A DNA stretch of 64,000 nt. It comes from Lingula anatina. Taxonomy: Eukaryota; Animalia; Brachiopoda. The DNA lies in contig CM120640.1 of assembly GCA_051362555.1 (NCBI GenBank), positions 58,196,788-58,260,787 of the forward strand, read 5' to 3'. Shown one piece after another: positions 27,401 to 54,321 of this stretch (positions within the stretch are counted from its first letter, which is position 1; each line of letters begins with the position of its first letter). Both the position numbers and the translations under genes were made by a program. The notes under the pieces were generated by a model. That model was not told where the DNA came from. It saw only the letters and a list, made by a program, of their open reading frames with translations, and searched no databases.

Positions 27401-28059
27401 TAATGATTTTTTTTTTTCATAAAAAGTGTTTTTTTTTTTTTTTTGTAATAATCTATTAAGAGATTGTTATGGAGGGTAGGCCTTGTGGTCTGATAGTAAG
27501 CACAGATTTCAGAATAATTGTGATAACCACTGTTTGGTGGAATTTATTATATTTCTGTGATGTTTAGTGATCCCTCTAAGAAAGAAATGTTATAAGGTAG
27601 AAACCTAGACTTCACAGGCCCATAAACAAGAACGCTCATATTACCAAAGGGTATTTAGTAAACAATGCTTTGCTTGCAATTAAGAATTGGTTTTCATGGC
27701 CTTGGGGGCAACAGTGCAGGCAATCAAAATTGGTGACTTCAGCTCACAGAGTATCCTTCATATAGTCCCTTCAAGTGAATAATGTTTTAAGAATATTGCA
27801 TATTCTGTTTGTGACACAATTTTTAAAGAAAAGGTATGTGGTTGAATATTTGAACAAAAGGCAGAATATGAAGTGCAAGCTTCTTTTTCTTTTATAGTAT
27901 TTATTTTTATTGCAGGCCAAAGAAAGTGAACTGAATGACATTGAAGAATTGTTAAGATCATCGTTATCTCCTCACAAACTGTTACACTTCAAAGAACTCC
28001 ATCCAGAAGTTAGTAGGCATACAGAATCCAAGAAAAAATATGAGGAAACGGACATTTAA
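12405..28059 (+). CDS. CNKSR: Connector enhancer of kinase suppressor of Ras (CNK; CNKSR2/3-like): SAM-CRIC-PDZ-PH-C-terminal coiled coil, ~18 exons
   Basis: SAM: MAFVNIAIWKPEQVAEWLKGLDD...IGITKIGHQEMILEA. CRIC: ESEHLQSLALKL...LKTMVSWLDRPPF. PDZ: ELGMHIQSSYLGTH...[32 protein letters not shown]. PH starts RRRISCKDLGQGDCQGWL (24553-24766) and ends DMVKWMNKMGLA. C-terminus LSRTLKAKESELNDIEELL, ending EETDI* (class I PDZ-binding motif, like CNKSR2 ETHV). All junctions checked are phase-compatible. Confidence 0.95.
17115..17161 (+). CDS. Candidate alternative first coding exon of CNK (MFLMTLRACFCCICSG)
   Basis: ATG with A at -3, preceded by an in-frame TAA. Consensus donor AGG|GTAAGT at 17161/17162. 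Phase 2 matches the acceptor at 20709. Confidence 0.45.
21477..21488 (+). CDS. 12-nt frame-preserving microexon of CNK (adds RLTP)
   Basis: Branch-point-like CCCTGAC (~21440), pyrimidine tract, then TGCTGCCACAG|GATTGACACCAA|GTAAGT. Phase 1-1 fits the flanking exons ending at 20944 and starting at 22918. Confidence 0.75.
25567..25945 (-). repeat. Old dispersed repeat, homologous to 58086-58475 and related to the ~160-bp HINE monomer
   Basis: Shares ...ggcaggtt(g/a)ctt(t/a)tgaaaatt...gtttacattta and tatatttgcc.g.tttgctgtctagtttt with the 58 kb copy. Its reverse complement ccaatcatgctaattttcaaaagcaacctgc matches ccaatcatgctgattttcgaacttgacctgc at ~52140. Confidence 0.6.
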
Positions 28060-29475
28060 AAGAAGTCAAAGTTCTATACTGGAGATCTATTAGCGTATAC
28101 CAAGGTTTTATAATACATTAACATGTACAGTTTTAGCTGTAGTTCAAGTAGGATAAATGTGGATTGTAGGATGTAAAACAGTAGTTTAAATATCAGGACT
28201 TTTCATACAATGTTATGAATTGTTTAAGAATCCATTGAACTATTTGTTCACTTTTCATACATTGTTATTTTCTTGTGATATTGGACATGTATGTATATTA
28301 AACATTTGATATACATATTCTGGATAAGCGGCTCAAGGTTACTTTGAGGCATCCATGCCAGGTAGGCTTTAGACAGAACAGCGCAAATTCTATCCATTTA
28401 TGATTTTTTCATTAAATTGAAATTGATTTTATTGATATTTTGCAGTAGAGAAATGAAGATGCTCTTTTTTGCAAGGGTAAAACGTTTCTAAATTTATTTA
28501 TTGTTAGTGAAGTAGCGATTTGATAGTGGAACCTTTCTATCAGATATATTGCTTTGTCTTATCTATCTTAAATCTTATTCAGGAATATATGTTTTGAATA
28601 TATATTAGAAGGCACATCAGACAAAAATTAATTTTATTCATGTACAGAACACAGTCAGTAGTGGCTCAAACTGTACTTAAAATTATATTTGAAATGCCAT
28701 GTAGTAAAATTTTTAAGTACTACTTCTGTGATAAAAGATATATCCATGTTCTGCAAAAAAAAAAAATGTACATGCATGAATAGCATATCTTTCATACAAT
28801 ATACATGTTCCTAATAATTATCAAAAGCACCTACAACTATTTGATGCTGGTCACATTGTATGCACCTGAATGTGCATTTTTCTAGTCTGTCACTAGTTTA
28901 CATGCATATATGTCTGTTATAATTAAACATATACTATAACTGATATTCATGTCCTTTATTTGTTTAATGTACAGTTTTTTTGTAAGTGCTTCAAGTGAAA
29001 TGTACTGAAAGAAAAAATAGTGTGCACAGTGTCAGTTATTTGAAAGCACCTTGACATATGATGTAGGGATCAGTCCACATCCTGAATTCCAAGATAATCC
29101 CACTTTAAAAATGGGGAAAACATTTTGTAACATCTGTAAATAAATATATTAATGATATATGCACAGACAGAATAAGTGTTTTATCTTCATTATGATACAA
29201 GATGCCTGTTACTGCAATAATTTAAAATAATTGAATAAATATACAAGCAATAATTGAATATTTTAAAACGTATAATTCAAATAATACAATGTTATATTTG
29301 AATATAAAGCTTGGTAGCTTAGTTTCTTTGCAAGTTGTAAGGCCAATTTTTTTTAACGAGACTATCTCTTGAATTCTAAGCTGTAATGTCTCTTCCAAAA
29401 CTAATATATTCTTCATATAATTAAGTCCTTTTCCTTCATAGTCAATGTCTTTGAAGATTGATAGTTCTTTTCTTT

Positions 29476-45890
<16,415 letters not shown>

Positions 45891-46159
45891 TATGTTTGAC
45901 TCTTGAATTTGTCATTGTCCCTGGCAAAAATAATAGGCTGATTTAATAATCAACACACAGAAGCAGAAAATGATGTTCACACCTTCTAAAAGTTATGCCC
46001 ATGTAAATGTGTTTTAGACCACATTACGATTCACATGCCCTTACTGTCCCAAAGGTAGAAAAATCCTTTAATTTGGGTCAGCTGCACGTAACAGCCACCT
46101 CTTTTAAGAAAATTTTCTTGAGGAGAAGCAGTACCAATGAACGATTGTGACCATGTTGA

Positions 46160-46480
46160 TTATTGTGGACAATATTGGGGCAGGACACTGCTTTTATCAA
46201 TGTGTACAATAATGAAGTTGTGGCTGTATGTTCTCTGCATAGATAGGTGGGATTAACCCACAAGTATGCCATCAGCACTGCTTTGAAGGTGCCTCTGGGT
46301 TCATACTGCCCACCTGTGCTGAACGACAACTTCCTCTCGCCTCCATTATCTAGACAAATTGCAGGTCGTGGAGTATCCCCAAGTGGGATGCCAGGTACAG
46401 TGATTATGTGGACAAGCTCTGGCACACCAGAATCAGAACATGAATTCTAGACAGATCACTTTGTGAAATTAAGAAGAAAA
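46160..46480 (+). pseudogene. Degenerate vertnin (VRTN)/OTU-like coding remnant, probably transposon-derived
   Basis: One frame reads AFINVYNNEVVAVCSLHR*VGLTHKYAISTALKVPLGSYCPPV...TVIMWTSSGTPESEHEF*TDHFVKL. This is colinear with the vertnin-family pattern E-V-x3-C-x4-W-x4-H-x-Y-A-L-x3-L-x3-I-x-S-x-Y-P ... IMWT ... NHFVPL as I recall it. Two in-frame TAG stops (46244, 46448); no introns. Confidence 0.65.
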
Positions 46481-46634
46481 ATAAGATCCAGCCACACAAT
46501 TCCTGTAGGTTTTGTGGACAATGATAAAAACGACAGTCTCAGTCTGTTGCTTCCATTCTCCATGATCCCAGTTTGACTGAGCATTTGTCTGCATCTCTTA
46601 CAAACCAAAGATTTCCTGAGTCAGAAGATTCCGT

Positions 46635-46823
46635 ATATGCTAAAAGAAGCGAAAAAACAGCATAGCTTTTGAAAATGTGGCCCGATTATGCTAATTTTCG
46701 TACTCAACCTATATTTTATGAATATTCATCAGTTTGAAGACAAAGGTATAATGGTTTTCTACTTATTGTTTTCACTGAAAATGCACAGCAAGGACAGTGA
46801 CGACAGATGCAGGTGATGGCTAT
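46635..46823 (+). mobile_element. Single diverged copy of the ~160-bp HINE monomer plus its 3' GACG-rich tail
   Basis: atatgctaaaagaagcgaaaaaacagcatagc...ggcccgattatgctaattttcg...gacgacagatgcaggtgatggctat aligns with 52253-52456. Confidence 0.8.
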
Positions 46824-47892
46824 GTTGTGAAAGAAAAATTCCCCAACTCAACAATATGTGAAAACATGGGAAAAGCGTACATGTATGGAATTCAAGAGAG
46901 GAGAAAACATTGCTTAGTAATGAACACGTTGTGGCAAAGAATATTTCTAGCTTGGAAAAGCATGCTTGTTCAAAATGATGTTTTTTTTTTTACAAATCGA
47001 TGACAATATTTATTTGTAATTCTAGATGAAATGTGGAATGTTTGGTATATTCCACACAGTGGTGCTATTTGCCATATTCACTCTCATCTGGACAAAAACA
47101 TCACTATACATCACCTTTCCCCTTCAGAGAAAGAAAAATACGAGTACTTGAATGTGTCTGGGTGGGCATTAATGCAAGCCTGGAAAGAAATCCATTCTTC
47201 TCATAAGGTAGCTATGTGAATTTTACAGATACTGAAAACTATCATCAGTTTAATAACACAATACAAGTGAAAGAAAAAGTTAAGATACCAAGCCAATATT
47301 AAGAAAAGCAAAAAATAGATACAATGTATAAGGATGATGTATGATACCATATTTACTTGTTGTTTTCAATGGGGATGTTTAGGAATAGTTTCTGAAAATT
47401 AAACTGGATTTTTTGTTATTTTTTACTTTACTTTGATTAAGACCATGCCCCAACATTAGCATGGCTGAATCTGAAACCTCAGGCATTATTGTATAAAGAA
47501 AGAGACAAACTTTAGTGATAACCTCTCAGAAAGGTTCCAACAAACATCACTAAATTGTGCAATACTGTTCATATTGTGAAAAGTGGGCGAGCCAAGAATA
47601 ACCTTGAGAAGAGGATGAAAACAGAGTCTATCAATAAATTGGAAGAGGCTGAAAATTAAACAGGAATGTGTGATCTTGTTGAGTGCTTCTACAACAAGAG
47701 GCTCAGCACATAAGAATGAGAGCCCAATTGCAACAGCAGCATCAAGGGGGTTGAACTGACAAGGAGGTATATCGAGTTAGTTCAGGCCTACCCAACTACC
47801 AGACTCGGCACCGAATGATCTTGAATTCACCGGTAGATCAGACCACACTACCCGTTTTTAAGGTGTGTGTCAGATCGCATTCTGATCCAGAA

Positions 47893-48007
47893 TAGTCTCT
47901 CCGCCTCTCACACGCCTCCCCATGCGTCATCCCTGCGGGGTACAGTCATTAAATCTCGGCTCCATTGGGACGACACATGGGGAGGTGGGTGAGAGGCGGA
48001 GAGACTA
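47893..48007. mobile_element. 115-bp palindromic mini-element with TAGTCTC...GAGACTA termini
   Basis: 19-bp perfect terminal pairing (tagtctctccgcctctcac / gtgagaggcggagagacta), extending to a ~41-bp stem with 4 non-Watson-Crick positions. GC-rich island in AT-rich DNA. Confidence 0.8.
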
Positions 48008-48195
48008 AAAGATTAGGCGGTTTTCCTTTCATGAATTTTCATGACTTTGTAGAGCCATGCCTCAACTCGTTGTGAATGCGGTCTTAAATAACCAAATTAT
48101 AACATAGGTCAGCTCAGTAGGTTCAAACCCTTAAAAAAATATTTTGTAATCACTGACACTGATATAATATGGTAATATTTAAATTGATTACTTAC

Positions 48196-48251
48196 CACTA
48201 TAAATGAGTGTACCTGAATGAGACAGACTGCACCAAAGTGTCAGAGTTGCT
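48196..48251 (-). other. Candidate non-coding 5'UTR exon of POLQ (56 nt)
   Basis: On the - strand: ttctatttacag|AGCAACTC...TATAGTG|gtaagt. No ATG. Lies between the candidate first exon (donor at 53228) and the acceptor ttgccag at ~45921. Confidence 0.45.
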
Positions 48252-49170
48252 CTGTAAATAGAACAAAGATTATGTAAATAAAATAAGAAACCTATATAGG
48301 AGAAAAATGAAAGTGTACACTGTAAAATATGTGAAAATTAAAGTATTATCTGTTTAATTTCAGCATGGTGAATTGGACAAAATGGAATATCCAAGCCCCA
48401 GTCACACTATGAATGGGAAGGGCTTTTGTCACCAAAGTTCAGAGATAACTGCCTGACAAGCATGATCTTATATAATTTAACTGCAAGGGATTAACAGCAA
48501 TTTGGTGTATTGCCTGGGATACTAAATACAGTACACTTTATTGATGCAAACTGCTTTTTTTTTGTTTTTTTGTTTAATTTCAGCATGGTGAATTGGACAA
48601 AAGCAAATTTGAACAAGGCAGCAAAGCTGTCAAATGTACAGACAAAAAACAGAAAATAAAGATCCAAAAAAAGGTCATTTTGTCAATTTTGATGAAATAA
48701 TAAATAAAGCTTATAATAGCACTGTCAGTCAACACTGAATTTTAATCATGCACAACAGGTAACATGGTCAATAACAGGAGCGGACCCTGAGATATTTTCT
48801 GACAGTATTCCAAAGTATCTATGTTGATCCATCCTCCATTTTGATGGTCTTCCGACAGAAAAAAATAGATACCAGTCAATATAAACTTAATAACCTGTCT
48901 TCAAGAAGACCCAGAAGATGGTCTCAACCCACCCCTTCAATAAGATTACAGTTTCAGGACCATGAGAGACTATAGTCACATGATGAAAGTCTCAATATTT
49001 GAAAAATGATGACAGTGCATAAAATAATTTTATATAATGTTTAAAGACATAAAAAACAATACAATTGCTTATGTGGAAATACAGAAAATGTGCAGAGCCT
49101 CGAGCGGATGAGAGTTAAAAGTCACAAATGCAAGTGTTTGAGAAAAAAATTGTAAAGGAAAACATAACAA

Positions 49171-49404
49171 AACTAGAAAACCACCGAGAGTGCAGACCTC
49201 TGCCAAGGCAGCAATTGTTGATTATTGTTGATTATTGATTGATTATTGAGCCAGACCACCACTAAAAACTAATCATTGTCCTCTTTGGCCCAATTCTGAC
49301 AGTTCCTGAAAATTTCAGCAAAATCGGTCTATAACTTTTTGAGTTATGTTGATGACAGACAAACAGGGGTGAAAATATAACCTCCTAGACAGAGCCTGAG
49401 GTAA
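49171..49404 (+). mobile_element. Short Helentron/HINE (DINE-1-like) non-autonomous element
   Basis: Starts aACTAGAAAACCACCGAGAGTGCAGACCTCTGCCAAGG. Middle ...cctgaaaatttcagcaaaatcggtctataactttttgagttatg... with a GACA-type microsatellite remnant. Ends GGTGAAAATATAACCTCCTAGACAGAG. Resembles the ACCTCCGCCAAGGAGGTTATG-type HINEs of aquatic animals as I recall them. Confidence 0.65.
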
Positions 49405-49730
49405 ATATAATTTCAATGAAGCTGCTATTCAAACTTTTAATCTTTGATTATATATATATATAATAACCTGCATAATTATCACTGCTTCCTTATTATTAAT
49501 CTAGCAGAGAGCTTAACTTTTGGGAGTTTACAAGGAAATATCAACAAGTGTGCTTTATGTAATCTCATTTAATGGCCTATCAATTAGGCAAATGACTTTA
49601 TAACTCAGAAATTAGCTAAGTGATACCCAAGGGATATTAACAGACTGACCCTCTTAAAGGTCTTTCAGGCCCATAAGTCACATCTTAAGAAAAGCACAAA
49701 ACAATAATGCACAAAATAGGAGACTACCAA

Positions 49731-51548
49731 TTCTGATGCAATAATACATTATGTTTTACTGCACAGTCAACATCAAATTTTAATTATGCACAACAGGTAA
49801 CAACGACGAAAGTAAAAGCATAAGGCTTCAGGCCCATCAGAGTTCAAGTTTATACTTAGAAAGTGCCAGAATGAGAAAAATGAAAATTTCACACAAAATT
49901 GCATAAATTCAATAATAAATGATAACCCAATTGACCTGGCTTTCTAATTTGAACTGCATGCCAATCCTAAAAATCATACTTGTAAGTTAAAAATAATAAT
50001 AAGTAACACAGTTTTCTTTTCATAATGTTTGCAGTAGCAATGCAAAAATATTGTTGTCAATTTTGATGTAACATTACATAATAAATTATAGAATAATTAT
50101 CACCAATCTTTGATTATTGACAATAAATAGCATGGACATGTAGAAAATTTGATTACCATTCGGCCTTATGTCCATGGGAGCTCCGAGTCCCACAATGAAT
50201 ATGCCAAAAAGATAATGAATATTTCACTCAAATGTATAACTTCCAGAAAAAGAAGCCAATTAGACTGCTTTTCCAACTCATTCTGCATTTTAGTCCTGTG
50301 TTTCTTTTTTAAAGGTTCGACAGTCATAACACGGTTTTCCCATAATGCTCATCATAGCAGCAGCACCAAAAATTGTGCATTCTTCTATTTTGATGCAATA
50401 TTACATAATGCTTAACAGCATAATGACCATCAATTTTTAATAATAGAATAATAGTAACATGGACATTCAGAAAACGTGACAAGCAAAGGTCTTCAGGATC
50501 ATGGAACTTCAAAGTCACACCTTGAAAATGCCAATAAGTGAAAAATTAAATTTTCACAAAAAACTGTTTAACTGCCAGAAAAAATTACCAAACAGACTGC
50601 ATTGCCAACTGAAGCTGTATTTTAGACCCATGTTTCTTTCCTGTAAGTTTGAGAACGGTAATTGACATGATTTTTGTTAAATGGTCATTATGAGAGCAGT
50701 GCCCAAAATAGGGGTTTCTTCAAATTTTGATGCAATATTACATAATGCTTAACAGCATAATGACCATCAATTTTTAATAATGGAATATTAGTCACATGAA
50801 CATTCAGAAAACGTGACTAGCAAAGGTCTGCAGGCTCATGGAACTTCAAAGTCACACCTTGAAAATGCCAATATGTGAAAAATTAAATTTTCACAAAAAA
50901 CTGTTTAACTGCCAGAAAAAATTACCAAACAGACTGCATTGCCTACTGAAGCTGTATTTTAGCCCCATGTTTCTTTCCTGTAAGTTTGAAAACAGTAAGT
51001 GACATGGTTTTTCTTAAATGGTCATCATGGGAGCAGTGCCCAAAATAGGGGTTTCTTCAAATTTTGATGCAATATTACATAATGTTTAACAGCATAATGA
51101 CCATCAATTTTTAATAATAGAATATTAGTAACATGAACATTCAGAAAACGTGACTAGCAAAGGTCTGCAGGCTCATGGAACTTCAAAGTCACACCTTGAA
51201 ATTGCCAATATGTGAAAAATTAAATTTTCACAAAAAACTGTTTAACTGCCAGAAAAAATTACCAAACAGACTGCATTGCCTACTGAAGCTGTATTTTAGC
51301 CCCATGTTTCTTTCCTGTAAGTTTGAAAACAGTAAGTGACATGGTTTTTCTTAAATGGTCATCATGGGAGCAGTGCCCAAAATAGGGGTTTCTTCAAATT
51401 TTGATGCAATATTACATAATGTTTAACAGCATAATGACCATCAATTTTTAATCATAAAATATTAGTATCATGGATATTCAGAAAATGTGATTAGCAAAGG
51501 TCTGCAGGCTCATGAAACTTCAAAGTCACATCTTAAAAATGCCAAAAT
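49731..51548 (+). repeat. Tandem array of 337-bp units: ~3.5 homogeneous copies from 50388 plus ~2 diverged upstream copies
   Basis: Anchor ttttgatgcaatattacataatg recurs at 50388, 50725, 51062 and 51399, an exact 337-bp period. Degenerate anchors at ~49731 and ~50061. Confidence 0.92.
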
Positions 51549-51935
51549 GTAAACAAGACAGCACTGTTCTGAAATGGGTTTATTTCCATTTTTAACATTT
51601 TTTAAACATAAAACAAAATAAACAGTTTGTTGCCATTTTTATATGACCAACTAAGAAAATTGATGAGATGGGAAAAATATCAATAGAACAGTGTTTAATG
51701 TCCAATTCCTCCATTCTGAGATTCTGAACATAGTGGATGATTGAATCTGACAAACTGCAATGATGAGTTTATTACCATTTTTGACACTTTATTACACAAT
51801 ACACGATCACAAGTTTACCATCATTTTTACACAATCAATTAACAATGTTGTAAAGATGCAGGAAATATCAAACAAACACTTTTACGTATCTTATTAGTTA
51901 AATAATGAGACTGTTAACATGCCTAATAATTGAAT

Positions 51936-52490
51936 CTGAGGAAATGTGAAAAAACAGCATAACTTCTAAAATAAAGGCCCGATCATGCTGATTTTCGAAC
52001 TTGACCAGCGTATTATGAATATCCATCAGTTCTGTTAGTTTCAAGCCAAAAGGTAAAATGTTATTTCACTTATCGTGTTATCGGTGTTGCATATATGCTG
52101 AGAAAAGTGAAAAAACAGCGTAACTTCCCTAAAAATGACCCAATCATGCTGATTTTCGAACTTGACCTGCGGATTATGAATATTCATCAGTTTTGTAAGT
52201 TTCAAGCCAAAAAGTAAAATGGTTTTCCACTTATCGTGTTATCGGTGCTGCATATATGCTGAAAAAAGTGAAAAAACAGCATAACTTCCCTAAAAATGGC
52301 CCGATCATGCTGATTTTCGAACTTGGCCTGCGTATTAGGAATATTCACCAGTTCTGTAAGTTTCAAGCCAAAAGCAAAAACGGTGTTCCACTTATCGTGT
52401 TATCGGTAAAAGTGCACGACGGCGAAGACGGCGACGACAGACGCAGATGATGGCTATATGTACAGACACATCTGTGTCTGTACATAATTA
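51936..52490 (+). mobile_element. Helentron-associated (HINE-type) element end: three ~160-bp tandem units, GACG-type microsatellite and terminal hairpin
   Basis: Units at ~51936, 52093 and 52253 (160-bp period), then cgacggcgaagacggcgacgacagacg. A perfect 14-bp hairpin tatgtacagacaca-TC-tgtgtctgtacata (52457-52486) is followed by an A/T-rich end. Confidence 0.8.
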
Positions 52491-53227
52491 ATAAGCAAGT
52501 GTGTTGAAAAGGATATGAAATGTAGGAATAGCAACAGTAAATTAAACACTTAATGCATGTTACACTCTCACAACAATTTTAATAAACTGGTACATTTTTC
52601 AGCAAACTTACCTATTATCTAGCCAAATAGGGAATACTGCACATCACTCACTGCATGGGAGTGTTAGTGAACATGTGTCACTCTCTTCACATGGCCCAGT
52701 GTTTTTATACCTAGCATAGCAGATCACACCGCAGTCATGACCTTCTTACATGTATGAATTAGGAATTATTTTTACGAACTAAAAAAAAGAAAGAAAGAAA
52801 ACCATAAAATCAATTTTTATTTTCATTAAAGAAAATAATTTTCAATGATTTTATTTATTTTTGGATATGATAAATGAAAAGCTAAAATGTCTCAATATTT
52901 GAGGATTATGTGACAACCCTTGGTTTAATTTGGAACATCCCATGTTACCTAAGATTACCCCCTGAACGTTACCCTCCGTAACAGATAATCATTGTGTTGA
53001 GATCAAGAACCAAAGAAAGACAATATTTTCAATCTTAAAAAATTAAAATAATCTTTAAGTGGTTCAGTACTTGCATTTCGTGGTATTTTGGTGTTTAGTT
53101 AAACCACTACAAATCCCAATTATTTTTCACTTTCGTTTTACAATTATTTTTGTTTTACCTTCATAGTTATTTAGGATAAGTAAACGTTTTGAGTGAATAA
53201 AACTGTCTCAGCATAAGGCCAACTTAC

Positions 53228-53661
53228 CTGAGCCAGCAGAGGCCTGCCAACACAGGCTGAGCGTGAGCCGAGGCAAGGAGCGAGAACAGTTCAGGAAAAC
53301 GCACCAAATTACGATTACCTGTTACGTATATGAGTATTGTTACCAGTATTTTACAAGCCCTCACTTATAAAAGCATCTGAAAGTTATATATAACGCCATA
53401 CCTTACCTTATTTAAATCAAAATTTGAAATAAGCTATGCCACTAAAAAGGAAAGGAAAAAAATATTGAATTAGAGTCGTAATCTCGTTTTGAAAACGAGA
53501 CTGTACAAGGAATTGTGGGAAAACTTTGGCGGTAAAATTGTCAATTTGAGGACTAAGGTGTTCGGTGATGAAAACGACAAGTTAAGAATAGAAAACCTTT
53601 TCAAGAGAGCTAGATTTGGGGGATTGACTGTACTGGAACTACATATTTGGTTCACAGTTTG
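53228..53661. promoter_or_regulatory. Putative divergent promoter with first non-coding exons of POLQ (-) and CHAF1B (+); E2F and CHR motifs
   Basis: - strand donor CAG|GTAAGT at 53228 after a GC/CpG-rich ~70-nt segment. + strand donor TTG|GTGAGT at 53661 can splice to tttag|aaaATG (54319/54322). Motifs: TTTGGCGG (53525-53532), GTGGGAAAA (~53515), TTTGAA (~53423 and 53488). Confidence 0.6.
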
Positions 53662-54321
53662 GTGAGTAAATGTCTACTTTTGTCTTAAACCTCAGGTTCA
53701 AATGAAATTAAACGAATCCTTGTGCCTTAGATTGAGTACATGTAGATGTAGTCACTGACATTATGACATGAACACAAAAAAGTCAAGATACTTAGAGTGT
53801 AACCAGTTAAAAAAGACTAAGCCATTCTTAAATCTTAATAGTTATGAGATTTTCTGTTGTTGAATTTTAATCAAAACGGTAAAGATCCTCTGCTATTATT
53901 TAACACTCAGTGTATAATCCTTTCTGGCAGATTCACTCGGGTGGGCGGAGGATTTGGAAAATCCTCCTCCCTCCGTCTTAAATTTACCTCGTAATGTATG
54001 TTCTGCATTTAGATTTGGACTTGCCTTCAAATTCAAACCACAATTTTTGTTTCCCTTAAAGATACTCGTTGTAGAAGTATTCCCAAGATACGTTAATTTC
54101 TACTTCGTCTGGTAGAGACAACACAGCCCTTGTTATAAAAATACATGTTTATGTGGCTGCTCCAACATTATAGCTTCAATGCAATTTTCCTTTCAAAGTG
54201 TTTTATCTGACCTTCCCAAAGCAACAAGCTGCAATGTGTTGATACATTCTTGTAAATTATATTTTTTTGTTTTGTTCCAAATTAATTAACATAACTGACA
54301 TGGGCCTATATACTTTAGAAA

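Noticed and set aside
46165-46210. DNIGAGHCFYQC as the OTU catalytic-Cys motif
   Set aside because: It is in a different frame, overlaps the vertnin-like frame and is too close to the downstream motifs; probably coincidental.
48110-48135. tRNA gene suggested by a B-box-like GGTTCAAACCC
   Set aside because: No cloverleaf or correctly spaced A-box; at most a SINE remnant.
50388-52460. Tandem arrays as CRISPR-like repeat-spacer structures
   Set aside because: Units are repeated over their full length with no unique spacers, no cas genes are present, and the context is eukaryotic.
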